From NCBI GenBank assembly GCA_002269645.1, contig NIVC01003216.1, forward strand, positions 46,610 through 110,609: 64,000 nt of DNA, in the 5' to 3' direction. The translations under genes were made by a program, and so were the position numbers. The notes below the pieces were generated by a model. The model was not told the DNA's origin. It did no database searches and saw only the letters and a program-made list of their open reading frames with translations. This document shows positions 10,521 through 23,331 of this stretch, one piece after another (within the stretch, counting starts at the first letter, position 1; each line of letters opens with the position of its first letter). Origin of the DNA: Macrostomum lignano (taxonomy: Eukaryota).

Positions 10521-13056
10521 CGCTCGTAAAAGGCCCGTTTAAGATTTAGAGTTTAGTTAATCTTCTTGTGACAGTGTAATTCGTAATTTCGTAGAAGCAT
10601 CTGTACTGTATTCTTTCATTAATATTAACAATATTCCATACGTATTATTATCGCGGTTATTTTGCTGTTAATTGTTTGTTTTCATAGCCTCGTATGTATT
10701 TATTCTATTATTTGTATTTCATTCATATCGTTGTTATTTCTCGTAAAGTAGTTCTATCTATGTACTCGTACATGTACTGATGTTATGATATTCTTGCACG
10801 ATATATTTTCTTGATTAATTTTTACATTTACATTGCGCGTGGGGGCTTGACTGGGTTTTGGATTAGGGGTGTTGTTGTTATCTGTTTACCTACCAATTAA
10901 ATATATGCTTACACTACAGTCAGCGGCCGCTCGTGCTCTCGCACTTCCCTCCCTCTTTGCTTCGCTTCTCGCTCTAGGCTTGCAAACCCCTAAGCTATCC
11001 GGCCTCCTTGCCTCAACTCTTCCGCCGCCTACCTCGGCCCACCAATTAATCAACTGATCCCGATCCTAGCAATTTTCTATATATCTAAATCTAAGCTGTC
11101 TTAAGCAATACTTTAAGTCTAAGGGTGGAAGCGGCCTGCCGATCTGCTAAACTAAATCGTGAACTATCTAATTACCCGCTACACAAAACCGTCTTCCGGC
11201 CTTTATTCGTCACATTCTGGAAGGAAAAGCCTAAATAAAACATCCCTTTTGTGATGACCTGCGATACATTTTTGTGTTGCGGTGTGGTAAAAAAATATTT
11301 ACAGAAGGAAAAATCAAATAAAGCTAATGAAATATTAGCATTGCATTCGAATTTCGTGTATTTCCGTTTTTTCTACCATTTCTCTAAATATAATATGTTT
11401 CATGTAAAATTATTGTGCAGGAAACTCGATTTGTATTTAAATACGAGTCGCATTTAGAATCATTTTTTTTATTAATCAGGCTATACATGTATATGTGTTT
11501 AAATCTTGAACTTTCTTGGTTTTTTAATATTTCCAATGATAAGTGAATTATTTACGAGCTACGTTGCGCCTTGTTCATTTCAGAAGACCTTGGCTGCTTG
11601 GACCTATAAATTTTTGTTTTATCGAATAAGAGGTAGCCCCTTCAGTAGTACGCGTATTATCCCTGTTGTAGGCACTCAGTCAGAAGTCTGTTAATTCAGT
11701 CAGTCAGTTTTCCTCTACATGTATTTGCCTCGGAGTCCACCCGCCCCGCCTAAACCAACGTACCAACCGATTCCCAAGGAAAGATTTTCTTTGAAACTGG
11801 AGAATTCGGAATCCACCTCCGACCCAGAACTTTGCGGATGTATGACTTGGGCAATTTGAATAGCAAAAGATGAAGTCTGCTATTGTTCCACTTCCATTGT
11901 TTCTCTAGCGGAGAGGATCGACTATGCAGGGAGATCACTTGCTTTTGACATCCGCAGCGTGGCGTGGCGTGGAGTCGCTCAGCGGACGACCGCATCCGTC
12001 TCTCCCACAGTCTTCTGTCACAAGCTTTGGGAAAGAAATTCCAGTGTCCCCGAGGTCTCGTGGTCTGGAAAAATGGATGAAAAGCCTTTATGGCGAAGGA
12101 GCACTATTAATACTTTATTAAACGTCTTATTAAAGCTCTGGTAATAGTGAAGGATTTACCACTAGCTTTGAAACGAGACCAAGTTTAGCAAAAGTGGCTT
12201 TGATGCTCGGAAGTCAAGAATATTGCGCAAATGCACTAAACCGCGTTTCTACGCCTATCGTGCTGTCGAGTTTTTGAATGTCACTACCATAGCTAATTTT
12301 GTATCCCCAGCAGTGCTTCCTTCCTTGGTTACGCCCGTACAAGAATCCAACATAGCTAGGACCAAAAATCCAGATTAAATATGTAACACTAAGTGTTACG
12401 CAGTGCGAGATCAAACCACGAAAGCCCCCGCGGGGCAGTGATCGATATATTTATTTATTAGCGTCACTTTACATGATATGACATGACACGACATATGACA
12501 CTTTATACATGATGTCGATACATTAAAATCGACATGATGAGTTAGCGATATTTGAGATATTTGCGATAACTAGCTCAGCGTAGTTTCCAAATTATACGAG
12601 TAGTTTAAATTTTCTATGATTGACTAGATGCCACTTCCTGTATACTTAGAGGAGGAACCCCTCAGGAATTACGTGTGTATAAGATAATCGTATTTCTATT
12701 TTTGAAACTCTTTTCGCTCAACTTTGAGCTCGAGTTTTCCTTGGACTCATACAGCCTGAAGTATTAAATACATGTACATGTCTGTAAGATATAGAAATCA
12801 AAAAGGTATTTTCGTGTAGTCAACTTCGACGGTCTGAATTGTACAATTCAGACGTCTGTCTTAGTCCAGCAGCCTCTTCACATTGTAACGATGTTGATAT
12901 TTATTTCCGAAAATATTCTAGTGTTATTAATGCCTTTTTAGTGTCATATTATTACTCTAGCTACTATTTATTAAACGAATCTTAAATTTATTCTATATTT
13001 ATACATAAAATTTGTTTTACTGTATCATTCATAGAAATACGGGTATTGCATTATTT

Positions 13057-13983
13057 TGAGGTGGGGGTGGAGAAGAAAATAAAAAAATTTTGAAATTGGG
13101 AAAATAAAATTTGGGTTTGTCGTCGGCACGTAAAGCCGGAAAATTGTGCAATTGATGCGTTGATTCTTCTCCTTGGATACTCCGTCTGCCGGGTCCTCAA
13201 TTCCGGGGGGAGGGTAGTCGTAATCGTAGTCGAGCGGTCTAGTAGCGGCCCGAGTCGTTCAGAATGGGTCCTCAGACACCGTAAACTCGTAATTCGTCGA
13301 GATTGCTGGTTGTGTTACTCTCAGTAGTAAAGTAGCGCTGCCACCACCGTAAATATCGTATTACGGAACGATGAGGGTCTCAGAGCTTTCTTTGAGTTGA
13401 GACTGATTGGTTATTTTACGCCCCGCGGGCAAATGACTCAATAGAAAACTAAAGGCTTCGATTCGGATCAACTGAATAAATATTAAATGTTGCGAGCTTA
13501 TTATTATTTCGTTAATTGTTATTACGGTTAATTATTATTACTACGCGAGATGAACAGAGACAGGAGCAGAAGAAAAGGCGAGTACTAAAACTAACTAAAC
13601 TAAAATCCACCGTAAAACACACACCAAAAAAAAACTAAAACTAAAAAACAAAAGACTAAAAAATGACTCCAGAGATAACTCAAATAAATAACATTTTGGC
13701 GGGAAGGATCCCAGGGGTGGGACGGAGGATGGGACAAGGGAAGGGACAACGAAGGGAAAAGAGGAAAACCCGGCCGCTGGAAACATTAAAACAACAGGGG
13801 CCAAGGGAGGGAACAGAAAAGGGAACAGACGAGGGAGCAAGGGCGGGAACAACCGGGGGAACAAACCAGGGAACAAAAGTTGAAAAAAATGACGTCAATC
13901 CGTCCGGCCGTCCTCATGTCATCGCCCGCGGGAGATCTGCCGTCGTTCACCCCAGTAACTCAGTGGTAGACCGACCTACCACA
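13057..13983. mobile_element. Solo LTR, family copy 1
   Basis: TGAGGTGGGG...CCTACCACA termini, 4-bp TSD ATTT (13053-56, 13984-87). Internal blocks are clearly homologous to 27718-28680 (e.g. CCGGGGGGAGGGTAGT, GCTGCCACCACCGT, CGTATTACGGAACG). Confidence 0.75.
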
Positions 13984-14353
13984 ATTTAAAAGTGGGTTAT
14001 TTCGCATTTTTGTTCTCTAGTGTTCTTGTCTCGCTGGGCTCGTGTGTGCTGTTGGTTTGTCCGCCGCGTTGTGCCTATTCGCCATACTTAGTACTTACTA
14101 CCAATAATTTAACAGCAACAGTTAACTCCTGTCTTCAAATAAATAATATAATACAGTTAAATACAATCAGTCGAAGTTAAAATTCTAAACTTTCTTGCTA
14201 CGTAGACTCATTTATTGATAAGTGCATAGCCGTCAGCACCGAACAAGAAGGGTCGCGTCACAACATTACCAATTCCAGAACCAGAATCGGTTCGGATCTT
14301 CCAAGAAAAACAGCAGTATAACTATTTAACTCTGTTAATATTTGACTGCCTTG

Positions 14354-17300
14354 CAGGGGTGTCGGAACCGGGGGGGCACGGGGGGGCTGGAGCCCCCCCA
14401 CTTTTTGAAAGACCCTTAAAAGTGCCCTTTTAAAATTTTAAAGTGCCCCGGTAAATTTTCTAAGTGCCCTGTGTCCTAGGACCTAAGTTGCCCCCAATAA
14501 GCACAACCCAAGTAGGGCCAAGACCCCCAAATCCATTAAAGTTAAACCATTCACTTTGATTTGAATGTACAGTGCTTAGTGTCCGCTACTCCTTATCCTT
14601 CCTTTCTGTCTCTTGTTTATTGCTAAATCTTGACTGGACTGCACTCAAGTTTTCCTTTCCTGTCCTGCCCCCTCTCCACTCCAGAGATTCTGACCCTGCC
14701 CCCTACAGTGGACCGGCAAGGGCCCCACGTAGATGTACATAGACAGTACATTCATGAATCTTGCCAGTGGTCAGTGGAGAGCGGGGAATGTGGGGAGTCC
14801 ACTGAGGACGAAATAATAAGACAGTGGGTAAATAATCAACTTTACTGGGATCTGAGAAAGACAGACAGTGTTTAAAGCTTTTAAATAAAAAATACTATAC
14901 GAATCACTACACCTGGTATTGGGCTGGGCTTAAAAGCTTGGCTTCAGAGCCTTCAGGGAAAATTCAGAGCCGTACAGACCTATCAGTTTCAGAAAAATAC
15001 AATCTAAAATAAAATGCCAACGGCTAAAAGGAGAAAGAAACAACATGAAGAGGATATGAAACAGGCAGCCAAAAAGTCAAGGAAAATGACTAACTGGTAA
15101 GTACGTAATCTAAATGTATGAAGATATGATACTGTGTTGATATTAAGCTGTACGCTCGTATGCTGCTTGTTAATTGCTGTTTTTTAGGCTTGTTTCTCCT
15201 ATTGAAGCTAACTCGAATGCTCCATCTGGCACAGCTGCTGCTACTAAAGCTGACTCGAGAGAGCTTACTGCCCCTGCCGCTGCTGCCAATGCTGACTCTA
15301 CTGCCCCTGCCGCTGCTGCCAATGCTGACTCTACTGCCCCTGCCGCCGCTGCCAATGCTGACTCTACTGCCCCTGCCGCTGCTGCCAATGCTGACTCTAC
15401 TGCCCCTGCCGCTGCTGCCAATGCTGACTCTACTGCCCCTGCCGCTGCTGCCAATGCTGACTCTACTGCCTCTGCCGCTGCCAATGCTAACTCTACTGCC
15501 TCTGCCGCTGCCAATGCTAACTCTACTGCCTCTGCCGCTGCCAATGCTGACTCTACTGCCTCTGCCGCTGCCAATGCTAACTCTACTGCCTCTGCCGCTG
15601 CCAATGCTGACTCTACTGCCTCTGCCGCTGCCAATGCTGACTCTACTGCCTCTGCCGCTGCCAATGCTGACTCTAGAGAGCCTACTGCCCCTGCCGCTGC
15701 TGCCAATGCCGATGTTGGTGAGACTGTTGTATCTGCAACAAAAAAATACCATTCTTAGCACTAGCACATCTAATCCATGCGAAATGTTAGACTGCGGATG
15801 CTGCCAGATTGCATTGCAAAATCGGCCTGATTCCATATCTGGTTTCAAGCAAGGAGGGAGTGGGAGCAGCAATGCAGGTCGATCATGCCAACTACAATGG
15901 TTTGTGCAGTTTGACTGGCTTACATACTGCTCATCTCAAGGCACCCTTTTTTGTTTTTATTGTCGCTTTGCGGTAAACTCAGGCATGAAGCTATCAAGAA
16001 GTTGTGGAGAGAGTACATTCACCTCTCGCGGCTTTTGTGACTGGAAGAAAGCAATTGAAAAGCTAAAGAAACATAATAACAGTCATTTTCACCAAGAAGC
16101 CTACGAAAAGGTGTACACTCGACTGAAATTACAATCTACAATAGGAGCACAATTAGATGCTATTCATTCTCAACAGCTATTACAAAATCGGGAAAATCTG
16201 CAGCGGGTTTTTAGCTCGTTGCGATATCTTATGCGTCAAGGAATGGCAATAAGAAATAGTAAGGAGATTGAAGGCAATCTTAGACAGCTGCTTATTTTAA
16301 GGTCTGAAGATGTGCCTGAACTGCAATCTTGGCTAAAGGATTCCAAGTACTTGAGTGTTGATGTGATTGGAGAGATGATGGAAATCATGGCACATCAGGT
16401 TCTCCGAAGTTTGTTACTTGACATTAGTGAGAAGTCAACGACATTCGCATTGATTGCTGATGAATCACGTGACGTAAGCTGCAAGGAACAAATGTCAGTG
16501 TGCATTCGGTGGGTTTCAAAACCAGATTTACAAGTGCACGAAGACTTCATTGGCATGCATGAACTATGCGGAACTGGAGCTGAAATTATTACTTCAACCT
16601 TAAAAGACATTCTAACACGTTGTAACTTGAAGCTTAGCAACCTAAGAGGTCAAGCATATGATGGTGCTGCAAGTATGAGTGGTAGACTGACAGGCACGGC
16701 AACTCGCATTAAAGAAGAACAACCACTAGCATTGAGTGTTCATTGTGCCAACCACTGTCTGCAGCTGACCCTTCAAAGGTGCGCTCGAGAATCAAGTGTC
16801 ATCAGTACCGCGTTAAGTACTGTACAAGAGACTGCTGTCTTCATCAAAGCCTCTCCAAAGCGCTTTGACCTATTTCATACCTTGAATGAGTCGTTTTTTA
16901 TTGAGGAAGAGCAGGGCTACAGTATTCACATGCTCTGCCCAACGCGATGGAGTGTTCGTTGTAAGGCAATTTCGTCTGTATTGCACAGCTACAAGCACTT
17001 GCTTAACTGCTTGGCCGAAATCGCTGGTGAGTCATCTGGAGAGAATCGATCAAAGGCAGAAGATCTGCAAAAATCCCTTATGAAGTTCTCTGTTTATTTT
17101 GGAATTTGCGCAGCGCGAGTGATTTTTACATTATCAGAGCAGCTGGCTATTACTCTTCAAAGCACTAGTGTCACAGCAGAGTCCACTATCACCGGAGTAA
17201 ACTGCCTCAAAGAGGCACTTTTGCGTGAGCGAAGCATGTTTTCAGAGCGGTTTCAGGAAGTAGTCGAGGGTGCAGAGGCAGTCGGCATTGAACAAAAGCT

Positions 17301-18536
17301 ACCAAGAGAACGAAGGGCTCCAATACGACTCGAACATGAAGGCAGTAAAATGCATCCGTTTCAGCATCAATCTAACTCTGTAAAAGAATACTACAGGCAG
17401 CATTATTATACCGCTATTGATGCTTTAGTTCGCGAACTAGACAGTAGATTTGACCAGGAAGCATATAATGTGCTTAAAGACATGGAGAAGCTTCTTATTC
17501 ACGCGGCCAATGGAGCAGCACCTAATTCTATTCCAGCATCACTGATGGCGTACCATCCTGTGGATTGGAATGCTGACAATCTTCAAGCACAGCTATGTTT
17601 GCTGCATGGATTTGTCAAGCGTTGTTCACCTGAAGTAAAGCTCATTTCAAGGTTGACAACTCTGCATGACATATTTACAAGAGAACAGATTCACCAGCCG
17701 CTCTTTCGAGATGTACTTGCAATGCTGCACGTCTACTTGGTAGTGCCAATGACATCTGCCACTGCAGAAAGGTCATTTTCAGCCCAACGACGGATCAAGA
17801 ATTACTTGCGAAGTACTATGACTGCCAAAACATACAACAGCTTCATGTTACTTAATGTGCATAAGAATCGTACTGACAATCTGAACCTCGCACAAGCTGT
17901 TCGCGAGTTTGTAAGTCGCAACAGCCGTCGGCAAACTTTTTTTGGCAGAGTGTGAAATTTGGAGCTTCTGACTACTGACTTTTATTCAGTTTTCATAGTT
18001 TGCTACTACTACTGGCTACCTACTGCTATATATTTTTGCATTACGAGTATCTGATATGAACGTGACTTGCTTAATGGAGCAAATTGAAATTCAAATGTTC
18101 ATTTCATATTCCTATAAACTTACATGTACTGTCAACATCAAATCAATGCAATACCTGCGTCCTGCAACACTTCAATAAACTATTGCTCTAATGATCAGTA
18201 ATTTATTTGCTCCACTACATATACATGTATAGTTCTATGAGTATCTAAGTACAGTACAATTAGTTGTAAATTTTTGTTTTTTTTTAAACTGCTGTCGCTG
18301 TCTGCTCATTGTGTAAACTAAAATGCACAACTAAATAGTAAATATATAGTTATTTTACGAGTTTTATTAGCTATATGTAATGGGTTGTACTTTGTTGTGA
18401 AATTAAATTACTTTTTAATGCATGAATGAACTTACATTAGTTGAAATTTTTGCCCCTCGATTTGCATTGAAGTAACTCAGATCTGCCCTTTTTTATTGAG
18501 CCCCCCCCCACTTTGAAAGTAGTTCCGACACCCCTG
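14354..18536 (+). mobile_element. hAT DNA transposon (ZMYM1-like/DUF4371 group), 4.18 kb
   Basis: 15-bp TIR CAGGGGTGTCGGAAC / GTTCCGACACCCCTG; near-TSD CTGCCTTG vs CGTGCCTTG; transposase inside. Confidence 0.92.
15014..17955 (+). CDS. hAT transposase (TTF-type zinc finger, DUF4371, hATC dimerisation domain); spliced, with one apparent +1 frameshift
   Basis: Exon 1 15014-15096 (MPTAKRRKK..., NLS-like), GT..AG intron 15097-15187, then an Ala-rich repeat frame that switches at the A7 run 15740-15746 into the long ORF. Motifs WLTYC..LFCFYC, IADESRD, QAYDGA, HCANHCL, PTRWS, TAERSFS. Confidence 0.88.
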
Positions 18537-19305
18537 CGTGCCTTGACAGCCTCGCTCACTTTGCACAGTTTTTCACTTTCTTCTTGGCGATTTTCATTCA
18601 ATAATTAAGAGTTTATAGCAAGTATATCCATCTAGTTAAGGAGACAAAAAGTTATACTTTACAAATTGGTTCTGTTTTTAGAATCAGAACAAGCAATATG
18701 AAGAGCCTCCAGCATGGCAACCGCGCTAGATCCCTCTCGTAACCTGGCGAATAAAATTCACTGAAAGAATTAAAGAAGTGCGATTTCCTCTTTGTTTGCG
18801 GAAGAGGCGAAATATATAATTACCGCAAGCATGCGGGAGTCTTCTTTTGTTTCACTAAATTTTTACCAGGTTAGTTTACCTCCAGGCGCTCAGCATCAAT
18901 TACGAATTCTAATGGAATGTACCTCGTACATGTAGTCATGGGGCGCAGCCAGGAAGAATGGCAAAAAGGGGCCAAGCTTGACGAAATGACAGGAGCTCAA
19001 CGTACATCCTTGCTTATGCCACCCAAGCTCTCTTGGACTTGGCGGCGGTCTAAGAGACTGCATGGTTAGAGGTTAGGGGTCGCAAACTACATTTGAAAGA
19101 TAGGGGCGTCATCCAAAAGACAGGGGCGCCCACCAAGAGCACCCAATAAGACATCAAATATTAAGACCCCTTTAAAAGGTTACCAACTCGCTTAGCTTTG
19201 ATTTTCTGACAATCACACATTACCTAGAATATCAATTGGCCTCGCCATGAAGTTTATGGTGGGGGGACAAGCCAAGAATTCAACATGTACATGTACATGA
19301 ATAAA

Positions 19306-19530
19306 TTTTGGCACTCATTTTGGCACCGCAGGCACTCCTTTTGGCGCCACAGGCATTCCTTTTAGCGCCGCAGGCACTCATTTTAGCGCCTCAGGCACTC
19401 ATTTTAGCGCCGCAGGCATTCCTTTTAGCGCCACAGGCACTCATTTTGGCATTCCTTTTAGCGCCGCAGGCACTCATTTTGGCATTCCTTTTAGCGCCAC
19501 AGGCACTCATTTTGGCGCCGAAGGCGCTAT
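19306..19530. repeat. 21-bp tandem repeat (TTTTAGCGCCGCAGGCACTCA), about 10 copies
   Basis: Direct reading. Probably subterminal repeats of a non-autonomous DNA element whose ends I could not fix. Confidence 0.8.
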
Positions 19531-19759
19531 ATTTTGGCCCCATAAAGAAAAATTGTTGATTACCACAAACGACTCACAAGGTGGGGGTGGAGGGGAAAAG
19601 CATTGGCATGGTCCTCCACCCAAGCTTTTCCTGCTGGGGGGATATGTCCCTCCTGTCCCCTCAGTGGCGACCGCCTGCAGACAACAAATTTTTAGTATAT
19701 ACGATTTTTTATTGACACTTTTTATAAATCGACGAATGCAAAAATTTACAGTTTCTTAC

Positions 19760-19920
19760 TGTAGAAAAAATAAGACTAAAAACACTAGAACTAAATTAGA
19801 TGAGTCCCTGTTCGGGCGCCATGTAGAGAAAACTAACGATTGAATTATGAGATATTTAATTGGAGTTAAATTGAATATCTCATTCAATTCAATAATCAAT
19901 TCGCCCCACATTGGGCGCCA
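19760..19920 (-). other. Stacked U5-end / primer-binding-site array
   Basis: Minus strand: LTR end at 19921; PBS TGGCGCCCAATGTGGGGC (19920-19903, tRNA-Lys CUU type); U5-like unit ending CTACA at 19822; PBS TGGCGCCCGAACAGGGAC (19821-19804, tRNA-Lys UUU type); a third U5-like unit ending CTACA at 19760. Confidence 0.8.
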
Positions 19921-21708
19921 TGTAGAAAAAATACTAAACTAAAGACTAGAGAGTTACTTGGAGTTAAATTGAATCTAAGATAAGCCAGTAAGTGGGCGCA
20001 GGGCCCAAACAAGTATATTTATACCAGACATTAACTTAGGGGGTTTAAATTGCAGATAATAAAGAGAGGGGGTGGAGTGCGCGACTAAATAGAGAGGCGA
20101 GAACGGAGAGCCAATCAGAACGCAGCAAGGGAGAGAGAGAGATAAGAATAACAAGATTGAGCTGGACAGAGAAGAGAGAAAACAGAGTAAACAGAGACAA
20201 GTGAAGGTGAACTAAGAAATGACTAGGAAAGTCGCGACACTCCCCCCATAAAATGGAACATTTTTTGAATTTTCGAGTACCAATAGAATTATGAATTAGA
20301 GTTCAAGAAACAACTTTAAAGCAAATTTAACAATGGTGTACAAATACGACTAAGAATTTCAATACAAAACCTGTGGAGACTAGAATGAATGAAAATTTGA
20401 CCAAGAAATTTCACGTGTGCGATTTTAATGAATAAATTGTTACAACCAAATGAAAACTGACTACATCTACCCTCCCCCCTAAAAAATTAATTAATTTTTT
20501 TACATTGTGACTACATGGTGAAAGAAAAAATTGAATGACGAATTAACGAGGCGATCTGGCCGGCGATGAGCGAAGAGACGATCCGGCAGGCGATGAGCGA
20601 AGAGACGATCCGGCAGGCGATGAGCGAAGAGACGATCCGGCAGGCGATGAGCGAAGAGACGATCCGGCAGGCGAGCCCCGAGGCGCCCCGGCCGAGAATT
20701 TGAAACCGAGAGAGACCGAGGACACCGCAGGACGCACCCCCGGCAGACGAAGAGCGAAGAGACGATCCGGCAGGCGAGCCCCGAGGCGCCCCGGCCGAGA
20801 ATTTGAAACCGAGAGAGACCGAGGACACCGCAGGACGCACCCCCGGCAGACGAAGAGCAAAGAGACGATCCGGCAGGCGAGCCCCGAGGCGCCCCGGCCG
20901 AGAATTTGAAACCGAGAGAGACCGAGGACACCGCAGGACGCACCCCCGGCAGACGAAGAGCGAAGAGACGATCCGGCAGGCGAGCCCCGAGGCGCCCCGG
21001 CCGAGAATTTGAAACCGAGAGAGACCGAGGACACCGCAGGACGCACCCCCGGCAGACGATGAGCGAAGAGAGTCGAGACGATCCGGCAGGCGAGCCCCGC
21101 GGCGCCCTGGCCGAGAATTTGAACCGAGAGAGACCGAGGACACCGCAGGACGCACCCCCGGCAGACGATGAGCGACGACTACATGTAGATGAAGGAGCAC
21201 CGGCAGACAGTCGAGACGAGATGAGATGGGATGAGACTGCTCCGGCCGACAGTTGACGAGATGGGAGGGCGCAGTCGACGAACGATGAGACGAGGAGACT
21301 GGTGGAGGGCTACGACGATGACATGGCCTTTGCCAGCCTTACTGAATTGACTTATAATGACTAAATTATTTTACATTGGGCGCCATGTCGAGAAAATACT
21401 AAAGAGAAAACTACAGACTATTTAATTGGAGTTAAATTGAAGGATCAGATAAGCCAGTAAGTGGGCGCAGGGCCCAAACAAGTATATTTATACCAGACAT
21501 TAACTTAGGGGGTTTAAATTGCAGATAATAAAGAGAGGGGGTGGAGTGCGCGACTAAATAGAGAGGCGAGAACGGAGAGCCAATCAGAACGCAGCAAGGG
21601 AGAGAGAGAGATAAGAATAACAAGATTGAGCTGGACAGAGAAGAGAGAAAACAGAGTAAACAGAGACAAGTGAAGGTGAACTAAGAAATGACTAGGAAAG
21701 TCGCGACA
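19921..21708 (-). mobile_element. Non-autonomous LTR retroelement (TRIM/LARD-like) primed by tRNA-Lys
   Basis: LTRs at 21386-21708 and 19921-20239 (TG..CA; 262 bp identical, U5 ends differ); PBS TGGCGCCCAATGT at 21385-21373; PPT GGGGGGAG at 20247-20240; no gag or pol. No TSD found. Confidence 0.85.
20560..21160. repeat. Internal tandem arrays of the LTR element: 27-bp unit (about 4 copies) then 103-bp unit (about 4-5 copies)
   Basis: GAGACGATCCGGCAGGCGATGAGCGAA recurs every 27 bp. Near-identical ORF starts at 20700, 20803 and 20906 give the 103-bp period. Confidence 0.9.
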
Positions 21709-23331
21709 GGTGTGTCACATTAAGCAAATAGTTCATCAACATATATTTTGATAGTAGTAAAGTTTTAAACTAAAACTGACAATTTAGGATACTTTTTAAG
21801 TTTAATAAAAGTATTTTGTTTTAAAGTTTTATAAAAACTTTGTTATTTTTATGCATCCTATTTAAACAGCTTACTTTTAGTTTAGTAATTCTTAAGCATT
21901 TTTCCATCATGGTTTTTAAGTGGACCGTCCGACCAAATTACATCAGCAGTGCACAAATGGAGCTTTGAGAACATAGATGTTTGTGGCGTGACGAGTCATA
22001 ACTTCTCTTCTATTTTTTCTATTGTTCGAATATCTATAAGTTCGTAAACTTTACGAGAACTTTTTAAAAACCCATTTTGGCATTGACATTTATTGTATTG
22101 ATTATTGAATTAGGTGCCTAATTGGCTTTTGGCTTTTATTAATGCTTTAATTTTAATAAAATAAACACTGGACTTTGAAAAAACTTACAATTAGCAACAT
22201 GTTAAAGCTTCCACCCAAAACCTTTGTTCTAGTTGTAACTTTCCACTCTCCTCACAGTGTAAGGTGGAGCATTGTTCTGATGCAAATTTCATCACCCAAC
22301 CCTTTAGTTTAGAGGGGCTTTATGTGAGCTGCGTCACTTAGAGCTGAGATCTGAAAAAAGGTGGCCTCTGTTTTTTAGGTAGAAAATTAAAAATATTTCT
22401 GAATCTATAGACTATATTAAATAAAAATTCTAAAATCAAATTTGGTATTTATTTAGTCCAAAAATTTTAATAACTTACCATTTAATAGCCATTTAATATT
22501 TAATAGTATATTTATATATCTAACCTTGGCCTAGGGATTTTTATTCGATATCAAATATTCTATTAAATATCTAGATTCTAGATTCTAGGTTATAGTTTCT
22601 TGGCAATATAAACTAATTGGACTAGCTATATTTTTTATTTAAAACATTTTATATCAATTTATAGCTTATAATAGGCCCATTTTTATCTTTATAATTAGAA
22701 AACTTAAGACTTTAAAATATATTTTGTTGAAAAATTAATATTAAATATGTTTTAATCTATAAGAGATGATAGAATGTTCTTATAGTTTTCTAAAATATAA
22801 TTATACTTACACAAAAATATAAATCAAGCACTTGGTCACTAAAATAATCTCCATTACCCGCAATTATCATGTGACAACACTTAATAAGCTTCTCAATTTC
22901 TATCTATAGAATTCTAATATCCTGGTCAAAAATAGGCCATTATGTATTCTGCCACATCCATCTTACAGTCCTTATATCTCTATCTAATTATCACCTATTT
23001 CTATCACTAATAAACTTTTTGCCAACAATACCTTCCATTCTGAGTCTTGACAAAGAACTATAAGACCACTATAATGGCCTGAGTGTAATTATGCATTTTA
23101 GAGAACTGCAAGAACTTTCCATTGTAATTTATATTAATAATAATAGTAAATCATTTTAGTTTTTACTAAATGATTAACTGTAGCAGCAATTTATTTTTAA
23201 TGCTAAAATAAATTTTTGCTCTGTCTTATCTTATAAAACTGAATATTATGCATGCAGTGCCTTAAAAAGGACCAAATTGCTTGTGGAGACCATTAGTGGT
23301 TGAAACAAGGTGAGATCCAACCTACTTAACA

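Noticed and set aside
10800-11172. Possible solo LTR ending CCCGCTACA with motifs like the 19921 LTR
   Set aside because: No 5' boundary or TSD could be established.
15090-15872. Leu/Pro-rich, Ser/Gly/Arg and AAAAE ORFs; resemblance of the 11-aa Thr/Ala repeat to type I antifreeze protein
   Set aside because: Off-frame readings of one tandem repeat. The antifreeze likeness is only low-complexity periodicity (with Pro) inside a nuclear transposase.
20500-21256. Arg-rich ORFs in the LTR element interior
   Set aside because: Products of the 27- and 103-bp repeats; 103 is not a multiple of 3, and there are no gag motifs.
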